A stretch of DNA of 63,590 bases, counting the filler, from Collodictyon triciliatum (taxonomy: Eukaryota): the NCBI GenBank assembly GCA_043381765.1. It is 5 parts of 5 records of this genome, joined end to end, with 100 filler letters (N's around TTAATTAATTAA, not from the genome) between each part and the next. Parts side by side here need not be neighbours in the genome. Positions count along the whole stretch, not along the records: positions 1 to 24,188 come from JBHJMP010001098.1; 4 more parts are not named here. One strand, written 5' to 3'. Positions 1 to 13,300 of this stretch are shown here, in pieces; the first letter of the stretch is position 1; every line of letters begins with the position of its first letter. A model generated the notes under the pieces. It was given only the letters and a program-made list of their open reading frames with translations, had not been told where the DNA came from and ran no database searches. Position numbers and translations under genes: made by a program.

Positions 1-93
1 TTGTTTGTTTGTTTGTTTGTTTGTTTGTTTGTTTGTTTGTTTGTTTGTTTGTTTGTTTGTTTGTTTGTTTGTTTGTTTGTTTGTTTGTTTGTT
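1..93. repeat. (TTTG)n microsatellite
   Basis: Perfect tetranucleotide array at the window start; the MFVCLFVCL ORF is a translation artefact of it. Confidence 0.97.
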
Positions 94-339
94 TTTAAAA
101 AATATATATATAGTTTTATTTGATTCAAAGGAAGGGAGTGGTTACATTGTCGCATGTCACCTAACTAGCCCCTTGTGGCCTTTGGCCGCAGTTATTTTGA
201 ATCTGAATGGGGCAGAGACCCAACCTTGGACATGAAAAAGTTATTGTTGTGGGTTTGAATAGTAAATGGCGAGCCCGCTTTTGATGATGACATTATGTTT
301 ATCTATTAATGGAAAATATTGTCATTATACTTTTTTTAG

Positions 340-3300
340 GGTTCAGAGTCCCTTATAACGTGTTTAGACGATTATTTAGCTGTTATAATTAATTTCACAT
401 ATTTTTATATGGCAGGAAAGAACCTTCTTACTGAAGGGCATAGGACTGGACTAAGAGAGAGCAGCCCGCGTGCGTTGATTTGTGTGGTTTTCTGCTTCAA
501 CTGCCTTTGTTGGATTCTTACTTCGAGGCATTTATGCCATAAAGAACTCTCAAAACGCTCTGTACATCACAGAGACCAATTATTGTGTAAGGTAAGGGAG
601 ATAAATACACAGAAGTCATGCCTGTTCGACGAAAATAATACAATTTGTGCAACGTAATTTATTTTCCAGAATATATCACCGTTGAGCCCATTTGTGGATT
701 AGGTCGGACAAGGGCAATAAGACGATCGCCACCCTTTGGCAAAGAATCAAACACGGCAGCACAGACACGACCAAGTACAACCGATGAGCAAGCGGGAGGC
801 GAACACTTTAAAGTATGGTTTGAAACCAGTTAACAAATACATATTGTCTTATTATTGTCCTATCTTTTGGTTGAAAGCAGAATGTATCGCCTCCTTCAGA
901 TTATTTTCTTGCAGGAAAGAAATCTCTTTCAGCTACGGAGGGGAATACGACGAGGTTTCAAACATTCCTCGGCGTGCAACTAAAAGCAGTGATTCTATCG
1001 TGAGTTTCATCTTTGATTTCTCACATTCTTCAAAAAAAAACCATGAAAACGACCTAGTCCACTGTTTTAAGATAATGTTCTCCATCCCTTTGCAATTATA
1101 AAACCTCACAAGCAACTTTGGATGTTGCCAGCAGCAGTAATAAACTGGCTATATACGTCCTGTTTCTAATGGCCATCCTCTCATATTTATCTACAAGGAT
1201 GTTTCCGAGATACTTAAAGTCGACGATATCGATCCACGATCCTTTCGGGCCCAAAAAACCGCCATTAACCGTGTCAGAGAGGAAAATATATTTTATCAAC
1301 AAGTCATGAAATGCAGTTACTTGGTAAAATGGTTATTTTTATAAAAAAAAATCAACAAAACTACGAATATTTGCTACTTTTTGCATTATGTTGGCAATAT
1401 GTGTTTGAAAGTTGAAAGAAATGACACATTTCTGTAATTTAATTGATTTCTTGATTTTTTTTCCTTTTCGATTCGAAGAATATACTTTTTCGTTTATTTG
1501 TTGATAACCCAATAAAATTTAGGATTTCAAGTATGACGATAGTTTTTTGAAGCCGGGTTTAGAATTCTACAAGTGGATATCTAAAAAATCAGAATCAAAC
1601 ACTGATGATGGGAAGGCTGCAGGGTAATTACATACCTTATAAAACGAGATTTATCGATATAATATGACATCGCTTCATACTCGAAAATAGATTGCAGATG
1701 AATATTCCAGATACGCTCGTATATGGGCAACTCGATGAACCTGTATGGATTTTTACTGGGAAGAATGGATTCGTACAAAGGTTTGGTTGTTTCTATTTTC
1801 CATACTTTTGCCTTATTAATTGTGAATTGAATAGGATTGATGGATTTCCTGAGACTACTGTCATCAAAAAGTTCCGATCGATGGTATCCAAGGATGGAGA
1901 CTATACCGCAGTTGTAAAGAAGGTAAGTTTGGCTCCTCATCTTATCAAATACATATTGAATTCTCCCTAAATTTCATGTACACTATCTCATAGCTGTTAT
2001 TTGACAAGAATATATAGTTAAAAATATAGGAAAATATCTGTTAACGATGAAAACATAAACCGATTATTAGTGGTTGTGGTATGTACAATTTATTTGCATT
2101 TCGTATAGCCTGACCCGAAGTGGGAGGGAAAGGTGAATATCTCCTCTCTTGTCACCCTGAATGAGCTTCGCTCCATGATGAATCCTCTGTTATACCCCAG
2201 TAAGCAGCAATTTTGAATATTTTCCTAAAAATTAAAAATTAAGAAAAAAATATCTTTGGTCTAAGTGATTTGTACCATACTGGTGAATATTACGTTGCGG
2301 TTTAAGCTTCCTTTTATATTAGACAAGAACCAGATGACGGCCCAATTATACATAAAGCCAAAAGGGCCGAAAGCCTTTATAATTCGATTGGAATGGGACA
2401 GGTCGCGTCCTGCTTCCGCGTGGAACATATCTAATAAGGTTTAAATACATCGATAATTAATCCTAATCTCGCCTAGATTTACAGAAGTTGATGTGTCTGG
2501 TTATAATCCGAACATCTCGAAAGAAAAATATAACAGATGCTTCTGAGGGGGATGCCATGAACTATTGCCTTGACCTGTCCACTCCAAATTCAGCCTCCAT
2601 TGTTCGGATGCATGGTAACGCTGTTGTTGCTGCACTTTTCAATCCCCATAATGAAAGAAAAAAAAAGCTTAGTATTGAAATTTAGTTGTTTGTATCACTT
2701 GTACTTTATTTTACGGTCTTTTGAAATTAAACTGGTTTCAAAATAAAATCAGGGCGTTCCGTGGAAAACTTGGCACAGATCACCGCAAAATTTGTTCACT
2801 ATTTGGAGAAATCAATCCGCCCGATTGTGAAATTCCAAAACATAGTTATTGACTATATCAAGGGTAATTTTTTGACACACAAATTATTATTTTTTAAAAA
2901 AAAAAATTATTCTATCTTGTGACCTTATTTCGTGCTGTGTGATTGTGGGAAAATGGATCTAAGTCCCACAAGTCAGTATGATATTTTTGTTTCCTTCTCA
3001 TAGATGAATATGATCGTTGGTGGCTTATTCAAGTAAAGGCATTCAAACTCGACTCAAGCACTATTTCACTCTATCGTTCCGTTACTGCAACTCCTTCAGA
3101 AGAGACTCCTACTTCCATTCTTGATATGTTGACTCCGGGTATATCCCGGTCAGAATCCGCACCAAAAGTAAGGTTCCTGATAGAAACAGCCATTACATTT
3201 GAATTCCAAAGAATTTTCAGCTGAAAAAAAGGGCCAACTTAGTCTAGAGTAGGTATCGTTTCAAAATCCTACATCCGATTGGCCCAATGTCGAGCATGCA

Positions 3301-6187
3301 GAGCTAGATTTCCAAATCATGAACTGCAGCACACCATCAGCACCCACATGCTTCTAGAAACAGTAGAGCACTTAAAGGTATTTGTTCATTGCCAGACTTT
3401 TTCTCTTTGAAATGGGCTCTATATCGAAATGGTTGCTTTAAATCACCTTTTAAGGATAAAATTCAATCGCCTCCTTCCATTTTATATGAATAATGAGTAA
3501 ATAACCCTTAATTATGGAATTTAGTCCCGTGGAAAGATACTTCCATGGTTTCATTTTATCGAATCCGATATTGTTCATGAAGGAGTCATTGAAACATATG
3601 ACAGTCTCAAAATTTGTATCAGTTGGTACTTTTTTTCTTCTATAACAACATATGAAGTCTTGCGAATTAAAAAAACAAAATACCACTTTTTTTTTTTTAA
3701 CAATAACAACTACCCCCTCCTCTAATTCATTCGTCTTCCCGATGACAGCTACAACTTATATGTTTTGGAGCAAAAACTTATGCACATTGAGAAGCAATTT
3801 TCGACGGCAATAAACATCCCACAGCTTTCGAGCGCTGAGGTGAGCCAACCTTTAAACTTCTTGCTCATATCTTATCTTTAAATTCTCATCTGAATTTAAA
3901 AAAATTTTTAAACCCCTCCCCTTATGATTGTATACGACCGCATCTATTTGCGACAAAAGCCAAAAGGTATAAAACTTATAAAAATTGAGCTAAGGGGAAA
4001 AAATCACATTCTCTAATTGTTTTATTTTTCCTTTCAATATGGGTAACTGAAGTTTTTATTCTTGAAGTTTATATATTATGACGCTTTTTCTCATTTCTCT
4101 CATGTATTGTTAGGACTGTGTATGACAAATCTTTGATCTATTTAGATGAGCAGTCAAGAGTCTTTCAACAATATGAGGTTCCGGCAGGATTGAAAGGATA
4201 TAGACTAATGGTTTTTCTACGATGTAAGAGAACTCCTGTTTGGAGAATATGTATCTGTTATAATATGACATGTTTTGTACAACTCTATAAGATACCATCT
4301 CGACACAGTCTTGATAAATGAAAAAAAAAATTATTTTTTTTTAGCTCTTGAGGGCTGCCCTAACCTAGAGAAGCTGTTTGGGGTGGCGTCCTATTCTCTT
4401 GTGTATAAATTGATGGGGAGAGTTATAAAGATTCCTCTTCCAAAAACTCATGGCTCTCAGATAGAAATATCCAATTTAAGGATATTCCATTTTTTTGTGC
4501 CCGACCCTGCTGGGATAAAGGAGTTCTTTAGAAGGGCAAAGGTTGCTTCTTCTTTCATTTTAACATGTACCCAAACAAAACGCTTTTTTTTTTTGCCTTG
4601 AAGTAGTAATTTGTATGTATGATAATTAAAAAGTAATAATGACATTGGTCTCTCTTTTATTCAGCCTTTTGATTTGTACTTGAGCTCTTCTCAGCTTCCC
4701 GTCCCTTGTTTATCTGTTCCGGTCCCACTTCAACACTTTGCGACATCTAATTTTTCACACATTGACTTAACACCTATACTGATGGCCAGAGGCGACTCTC
4801 CTTATTTTTGTGCCCATGTATGTATGAGAAGACACAAAGAACATAAGACGTGACCAATTTTTTATTTTAAATTTTGATCAACATTCACATAACCCTTTAT
4901 CTTACCTCTTTTTTTCTGCCTTATCATAACAAAAAAAACGTAATTCAAATGGAGCATCCAAACTTAACCTAACATGAAAATCGTCTCAGATAAGCATTGC
5001 GTATGCCCCCTGCAAGTATGTGAACCCTCAAATGTCCGGATCGCTGAAGTTTATATCGGGGGCGTATATTCCCTCGGCAGAGTTTTACACATGTGACCCT
5101 CTCCCAGATGAATGGGTTATGTCTATTCTGTCATTCAAGATGGAGCAAAAAAGTACTTATTATTTTTTTAAAAAAAATTTTTTAATAATATCCAATTCAT
5201 CAAGTGTATTTGTTGGGGAAAGGGAGAAATGGTGTGTTTAATTAATTATGCGACATATTCTACCTATGTAAAATAAAGCCTTTTCCTAGATTTCATTCAA
5301 TTATTTTCACTTTTTATGATGAATTAGGTGAGCCATCAACCTCAAGGTCATCGATGTCTGAGGTAATCGACCCCAGTAACAGCTTTATTATTTCGCATAT
5401 ATGATTTATTCATTTTGATAGATTCATGAGGGGGGAAATAATAAACTTGTATATCAATTTATTATATGAAGACATTCAGAAATAAGAAACTCTATGTAGT
5501 AGCACCCCAATTCAACCTTTTATCCAAACAATTAGAAAAGAAGAGAATTTGATCGCTCTGGAACTCCTAGGTGATTTTTTTTAATCTGCTGTTGATTCCC
5601 TTTATTCTATTCAAGGGATGAATTTGAGTATTTTTTTTTTATTGTGTTGTGATATTATATTATGCTGCAATATCTTGCTATAAAAATCTGGTAGCTTGCA
5701 AAAAAAAAAAAAAATTCATATAAGAACTATGGCATTATTATTTTGTAATTTCTACCCTTTTTTTTTTTTTTTTTTGCATCACCATGAGTTTAGTAAGTAG
5801 GTTCTAATCAATTATATACACCGTTGAGTAGAACAGCCGTTGTGGATAAACTTCAAGAGATTTGCTTATGGGTGATAAAAATACAGGTGAGAATATATAT
5901 ATGTTAGTGGCGATTTGATACTAGGGTTTTATTGAATGGATAGCTTATATATTTGATCTGGTGCGCTCTTTGCATTCATTACCACTATAAATTTTGAGAT
6001 TAATTTTTCATAACTGCTCTTCTTTAGCTACGTCGTATCGAGAATATTAATTTAAGTACGACCCAACCTGGATGGTCAGTTCAGTTTTCTATGATGGACG
6101 CCCATTACCGATTTCAAGTGGTATATTTTCAATATGAACAAAGGCTATTACAATTACAAAAAAAAATCCTGTTTCTCATTTATTTCT

Positions 6188-6224
<37 letters not shown>

Positions 6225-7189
6225 TCGGATTATCATCACCAGTCAGTCCCAAAAGAAAAATAAACATAAATAATGTATTGTAAGACTCCTTTCTTCTTTT
6301 TTTTTTTTTTTTCCTTTGAAAGACGTACGAGCAATATGGAATCGGAAGTTTTCAAGAAGAGCCTGTTCGGCTATATTTTCGTGCATCTGGTGCTTCGATG
6401 CAACAATTGTTGATGGAACAAGAGCCTTTGAACTTTCTTTTAGTTCGGGTATTAACTAATCGTTTAAGAACATAAAATGATTCTAATAATAGTGATATCA
6501 TAAAATTAAAAATTAACCACGAGGTAAAATTATCCAGGGGAATGCGCTAATTTCAAAGTGTTTTGTGAAATACAACAATCTGTTCCATGTTAAATGCATC
6601 GATGGTAAACATGTTATGCATTCCCCCTACGCAACGAATGAAGAAAGACTCAACTATGACCCAAAGGTTTCTTTGTGATTTAGTTTGAAATGGAGAGGGA
6701 AAAAAAGAAGAAGGAAAATGCTATTTGATTATTCATCTAAGTGAAATGAAATGAAATGAAATGAAAAGAGTAATCATGTAAAACTTCGAACATGTCCTAT
6801 GCCAGAGAGTGACTAAATGTATCAATTTGAAGGAGACATGAAAGTGATAGAATCTAAACATCTCAAATATATTGTCAACCTTAGTATAGCGATTCTGCTC
6901 AGCTCTCTGTGTCTATGTTTTTATCAACCTTGGCTATCGAGGAATCGTGGCGCAACGAAAGTGTCTCGCACTCATTCGACATGGATGTCTGTCCATTGCC
7001 ACCAGACATGGAGTTGGATAAAACTCTTGACTATCAAGTCCAACTCCTTCGTTTCCGCACTTCGGTGGATGGTGATTAGCTCTGTTCTTACCATGCCATA
7101 CCGTTCCAAAAAAACATATTGAAGTACCGATGCCTTGTGCATTTCTATATATTGTTTCAGTTGTTGCCCCTGCGCTTTACCTCCTATAA
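340..7189 (+). CDS. Uncharacterised multi-exon protein (probably 5'-incomplete) with two CxxC motifs
   Basis: GT-AG exons chain in frame, e.g. QLYIKPKGPKAFIIRLEWDRSRPASAWNISNK (about 2323-2438), LAQCRACRARFPNHEL (about 3280), KICISC|YNLYVLEQKL across an intron (about 3610-3780); last exon VVAPALYLL-TAA ends at 7189. Confidence 0.7.
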
Positions 7190-7725
7190 CCCCTTCCATT
7201 TTGTGAAACTCCCCGAAATAAACGATGCTGGTTTGATATAAAGAAAAAAAAAGGCCTTATCTCGCAATCCGAATGGTGGACAAATGCATGGACTATTATG
7301 GAATTTAATTATATTTGTATTTAATTGTGCAACATTCGATTAAATACTGAGTAGATATTTAATACTGATCTTATTCAATTATTATTTATTCAGATACCCA
7401 TGAATTAAGATTCTCGGCTGTCTATAGTGTGTGATTAAATATCTGTATGATGTTAATGTTTGAAGGTATAGGTTTCTTTTCTCAGAACAATTTCCTCAAG
7501 GCGCATATTTTATTGAAAATACGCAAAAATGTATTGAATGGTCTATTGTTCCATGTTCCACTTTTGAAAGGAACATTCGATTCCCAACTCTGAATTATTC
7601 ATTGAATTCCCATCACTTTGGATGAATGGTGATATATAATGCTCATGTTAGTTTTTTTTTCTTCAATTGCGCGTCTCTCCCCAATTAGCCAATCAATCTT
7701 CACACGAAAGCCAAAGTCCACAGGC

Positions 7726-8154
7726 NNNNNNNNNNNNNNNNNNNNNNNNNNNNNNNNNNNNNNNNNNNNNNNNNNNNNNNNNNNNNNNNNNNNNNNNNNN
7801 NNNNNNNNNNNNNNNNNNNNNNNNNNNNNNNNNNNNNNNNNNNNNNNNNNNNNNNNNNNNNNNNNNNNNNNNNNNNNNNNNNNNNNNNNNNNNNNNNNNN
7901 NNNNNNNNNNNNNNNNNNNNNNNNNNNNNNNNNNNNNNNNNNNNNNNNNNNNNNNNNNNNNNNNNNNNNNNNNNNNNNNNNNNNNNNNNNNNNNNNNNNN
8001 NNNNNNNNNNNNNNNNNNNNNNNNNNNNNNNNNNNNNNNNNNNNNNNNNNNNNNNNNNNNNNNNNNNNNNNNNNNNNNNNNNNNNNNNNNNNNNNNNNNN
8101 NNNNNNNNNNNNNNNNNNNNNNNNNNNNNNNNNNNNNNNNNNNNNNNNNNNNNN
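7726..8154. other. Assembly gap (N run); another at 19554-19963
   Basis: N characters. Confidence 0.99.
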
Positions 8155-8773
8155 TTTGTCGCCTTCTTTCTTCCTTCTCCGTGCTCCCCAACCTTTTTCT
8201 CTCGTGGGTGTCGCTGAGATCGGCTCCATCGTTTGACCGGGTTGATGCAGACGGGTTCGTGGAATTGCGGACGACACACGAACTCAACTTTCTCGTCCTG
8301 CTCTCCCTTCTTCCTCTTACTACTCTTCCCCTTCCTCTTCCTCCACCCTTTGCAACACGGTGCCAAGTGGGAAAACCCCAGTCGAGAAGCCGAAGCAGAA
8401 ACTTTAAGGAAGGGGAGTCGGGGGGAAAGAGTCCCGAATACCCGAGCCAGCTGCATCCAGTCAGAAAGAGCGGCATGAGATCGGTGATCCATGAGAGGGA
8501 CAGAGAGAGAGAGGGCTGGAGGGTTGGGAATCACTGAATCGGCAGCCGCTCACACGTCAATCAAAGCGGGGTGGGAGTCGAGATGGATCAGGCTATGGCT
8601 GACGAACCAGAGACACACACCAAAGAAAAATGAGAAAAAAAAAAAGAAAGAAAAAGGAAAAAAAAGCAGAAAAAAACCTTCCCCTCCTTTTTTTTTTTTT
8701 AACGAAAGGGAAACACCCACCTCACCCGCAACACAGCCCCCTCCCCCAGCAGCAAGCAGCAAGCAGGACGAGA

Positions 8774-9921
8774 ATGAGCAAAGTGCGCGCCTCCAAGTAC
8801 CGCCACGTGTTCGGGACGGAATCCAAGAAGGAGCACTGCTACGACAACATCCGGGTGACCAACTCTGCGTTCGACTCCAACTTCATCAAGGCGAACAGCA
8901 GCTTCTTTGCGATCCAGTGGCAGTCGGCCGGGGGCGGCAGCTTTGCGGTGGTGCCGTACGGGCTGTCGGGCAAGCTGCCTGCGGACTATCCGCTGGTGAG
9001 CGGGCACTCGGGCAACATCCAGGACCTGGACTTCCATCCGTTCCACGACCAGCTGATTGCGTCGTCGTCCGAGGACTGCACGGTCAAGCTGTGGAGCATC
9101 CCGGAGGGCGGCCTGACCCAGACGCTGTCCGAGCCGCTGGTCACGCTGTCGGGCCATCAGAAGCGCTGCGGCGTCCTGCAGTTCCACCCCACCGCAAACA
9201 ACGTCCTGGCCTCCACGTCCGCCGACGGCGTCGCAAAGTTCTGGGATGTCGAGGCCGGCGCCTGCCACAACGAGGTTGCCGACCACCCGGATCTCATCCA
9301 GTCCTTCTCCTGGAGCTACGACGGCGCCCTCGCCGCCACCTCCTGCAAGGACAAGAAGCTGCGCCTGCTTGACCCCCGCACCAACCGCAGCGTCATGGTG
9401 CGTGCCACAGCCACAGCCACAGCCACATAACCACAGCCACATAACCACAGCCACAGCCACATAACCACAGCCTCAACCACATAACCACCCAGGAAACCGA
9501 GGGCCACGCCGGGGCCAAGGGCTCGCGCATCATCTTCGCGGGCAAGCAGAACCGCCTGGTCTCGGTCGGGTTCAGCAAGAGCAGCGAGCGCCAGTTCAAC
9601 GTGTGGGACGCGCGCAGCTTCACGGAGCCGATCGGCGTGTGCAACCTGGACAACTCGTCCGGCATGCTGATGCCCTTCTACGACGACGACTCCAACGTCC
9701 TGTTCCTCGCCGGCAAGGGCGACGGCAACATCCGCTACTACGAGATCATCGACGAGGCGCCCCACTACTACTTCCTCAGCGAGTACAAGACAAACGTCCC
9801 CCAGAAGGGCATTGCCATGCTGCCCAAGAAGGCCGTCAACGTCTCCAAGTGCGAGATCACCCGCCTCTACAAGGTCTCGGGCACCGCCGTCATCCCCATC
9901 GAGTTCACCGTGCCCCGCAAG
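8774..9921 (+). CDS. Coronin (WD40 actin-binding protein), exons 8774-9397 and 9493-9921; 3' end missing
   Basis: MSKVRASKYRHVFG N-terminal coronin signature, WD40 repeats, LMPFYDDDSNVLFLAGKGDGNIRYYE and FTVPRK motifs; GT-AG intron 9398-9492. Confidence 0.97.
9404..9490. repeat. Degenerate (GCCACA/ACCACA/CCACAT) hexamer array filling coronin intron 1
   Basis: Seen directly. Confidence 0.9.
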
Positions 9922-9934
9922 GTAGCCCCCTCGT

Positions 9935-10149
9935 TCTTTTCTTTCTTTTTTTCTTTCTTTTCTTTTCTTTTTTCTTCTCTTTTCTTTTCTTTTCTTTTCT
10001 TTTCTTTTCTCTTCTCTTCTCTTCTCTTCTCTTCTCTTNNNNNNNNNNNNNNNNNNNNNNNNNNNNNNNNNTTCTCTTCTCTTCTCTTCTCTTCTCTTCT
10101 CTTCTCTTCTCTTCTCTTCTCTTCTCTTCTCTTCTCTTCTCTTCTCTTC
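9935..10149. repeat. (TTTTC/TTCTC)n pyrimidine microsatellite interrupted by an N gap
   Basis: Seen directly. Confidence 0.95.
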
Positions 10150-10380
10150 AAGTATATTATCTTTTCGTCATATGGCCCCAATAAAATAGAGTGAAAGCTG
10201 TGATTCTATTACTCTTATGGATTTCTTCAGGGGCTTTTGTGGCGTCTGAATCGGGGTAGAAATCCAATTCATGACGACGCTTCGCCAGAGCTCTAACCCA
10301 AGATATCCTTTTATTTCTTTTTATATGTATAGCTGCTACTGACATAATTACCCAGTCCATCGACGGCATACGAGACATAA

Positions 10381-13300
10381 ATGAGCAGCTCAGCATACTT
10401 TGCCTTTCCACCGCAACCAAGCGTGCTTCTGAACCCTACTGACTGGCTCGACTTTCTCTATCAACCTTCCCGGCTTATGGAATACGTTAGTTTGACTTAT
10501 CTCGTTTTACTTCTTCGTTTTTATCTCGTTTTTACATATATTTTTTTATCTCTTCGTCCGGGTTTCTCTTTTCTCAGATAATCCCCTTCGTCTCATTATT
10601 TCAAGACGAATAATTGAGTATGGATTTTACTGGTATCCTCCAGATATTTTTTATTTTTGCTTTATTTTCTAAAATAAATGAGCAATAGCAGTCATGTTTT
10701 TTCCCTCGTACCTTTATTTTTTTCCTCTATTCGATTCAAAGCTCCGTCGTATCTTTATAAAGTTATTAAGTAGTAATAATAATAAAGACACAATTGATTG
10801 TTGACTAAATACAACGTTGTATTATCAAAGTGCCAGAAAGTGAAACAAGATTCAGATATTCAGCCGAGACCATCAGAGATTGCAAGACAAATACTGTTTC
10901 AATACAGGCAGACACATCTCACACAATTTAAGCGGCGCAATTCATTAATGACCCTTCTAGCAAAGGTTGAACCATTAATTAGTTGTGAAACAATCTATAT
11001 TAACGTAATAATTCATGAAGTTGTTCTACTTTGGAGTTATCTTCCTTTTTAATACAAATTTTTGAGGGGACAACATTTGCTCCAATCTCTCTTTTCGCTT
11101 GCTGACGATATCATTTATCTATATTAGGTTTGTCACGGATGTGATATTCCTCCATACGAAATAGATGCTATCTTGGAGTTGACAGAACAAGGTAGGTTAT
11201 ATTATGAGATGACAATAATCCATCAGGACATGTCCTACGAGAAAAGGTACAAGATTAAAAAGTGTGTAGGATATTAAAGTGCATCAACTCATTGGAATTT
11301 TCATTTGTCCTTCCGTCACAAACTCATCTGTTACACCCTTTCTTCCCGTTCATTTTTTTTTGGAAGGTACATATCTGTAAAACTTAGTTACATTTATTTC
11401 AACTATTCATGGCAGAGGAGGATCATATTAATATTAATAGTATGACATCTCTCCAAGAATTGCACAGGTCCATCTTTATCGCTGGGCATTAAGATCTGAA
11501 ATAGAGGGAGAAAAGCCGTCCATCCGACTGACCTCTCCCAGCCACGGTTCTTCTTCAATCGGCAATCAAACACCGCTACCTCCAACACCAGGTTACGATA
11601 CCCCGAAGGAATCAACCGAAGAAATGGAGGTAAATAAAGCTGCTATCATTTTTGTACAGATCGTGATAGCTCTATATATTGCTTTTGCTTTTGCTTTTGC
11701 TTTTGCTTTTGCTTTTGCTTGGAATATAGAAAAGTTGTTGTTAGTCATGCTTTCTCTATTATAAGTGTATGTTAAGCATTCATATGTATCTGCTTCTTTT
11801 CGGATTCTCATAGCACATTGTTATTTCGCTGGAATCCGCTATCGATTTAATTCAAGATTTGATGCAATTACCTGATTTTGTAATACCTGTCGATTACCTT
11901 ACACTCACACACTATGATATGGCACGTTCACATATGTTGAGAGGTAATGTATGCAGAGCCCTACAAGAGTTTGAAGAGTCTCTGAATTCTTTTCAATCTC
12001 TAGGAGAATCAAATCCGATAAAAAGGTGTTGCTATTCCTCTTTTTGGCCTGTAAATTTATTACTCTTTCTTGTTTATTTTCTTTGCTATTAATTGTTTAT
12101 TTTTCTAATGATTTCATATTATCCGTGGATGATACACGACAGAATAGTGAAACCAATTGATGTCCAATTTTTTTTCACCTTAAATTAGCGTTTTATCAGA
12201 GGAGCTTCTGATAAGTAGTATAGTGTCGTGCTGCAAAATTAGCAATACATCATCTAAATACATACCTGAAAATGTTTTGGATCGATCAAAAAAATTATTG
12301 CTTCCGCCGTCCGAAACCCCATCAGATTACACGAATTTCATTCAGCTACTTTCGTAATATACTGTTATTGTAATATTATCAAACACTTCATCTCTTCAAT
12401 CGAATAAAGGAATTAAAAATCAAATTATTAATCTCCTTAATTTTTTTTTTTTTTACTTTTCTTACAGGGATAGTGTTTTCCATGACCAAAATCAAATCAC
12501 ATCTATTTCAAGGCTATCCTTTGAACTACATTCCGTTTTCCACACTTCCCCTCAACTGAAGCACATTTTGGATCAGATAATTTTATGCAACGCCGTACAT
12601 AGTATATTAAGACAAGGTTTTTCCTTCGGATCGTAGTTGTGATATTCAAATATTATGGTATTAATTTTTTTTTTATAATCGCCCATGTATTGAAAAAAAA
12701 CTGTATCCATAGAGATAATTGATTTCAATAAGATTCGCCTCCTTGATTTTGAAAACATGATATTTTTTGAGTTTGCCGGAAATTTTTTCAAAAAGGTTGG
12801 TTGTCACGCTCTTTTCTATTCTTTTTCTTTTCTTTTCTTACTAAACTATCATGCTTCATCCTGCTTCATCCTGCTTCATCCTGCTTCCTCCTGCTTCCTC
12901 CTGCTTCCTCCTGCTTCCCCTTTTATTTCCTCCTCTCTTTTCAAATATCATTTGTTACTCTATCCGTAGACATCCTTTTAGATTATTATTTTTTTTGTGT
13001 CTCTTGGTTATGCTCGAAATGTTTTTCAAGATAAATCTATTGTTAGGTTGAAGATTTTATTTCTGAAAAGAAATCGTCTGCGAGCACAGATTTCGATTAT
13101 TCTAAAGTGGAAGAGCTGTTCGCTAGTTTGCTTCGCAGGATACTTATCGCCCACCCAGGTGCCAATCGCGGCTTTTTATCAAAGTATTCGAAAGGTGGTT
13201 TTTTTAATCGCACCTTTTAGATTCATTTACCCTAAGCGTCATGATCGTAGTGCTTGTGTTATTATATATGCATATGTCCGACTTTATCTTCTAAATTTTT

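Noticed and set aside
5697-5778. TGCA-poly(A) ... poly(T)-TGCA inverted repeat as a MITE
   Set aside because: Complementarity is only homopolymer-based, with no TSD and no second copy
8181-9765. Several overlapping ORFs around coronin
   Set aside because: Shadow frames caused by very high GC3; no independent motifs
10303-10364. ATATCCTT as a U12 AT-AC intron donor (also GTATCCTC at 10633)
   Set aside because: 10303 is upstream of the INTS8 start with no convincing U12 branch site; 10633 lies inside a GT-AG intron (10487-10830) that already preserves frame and homology
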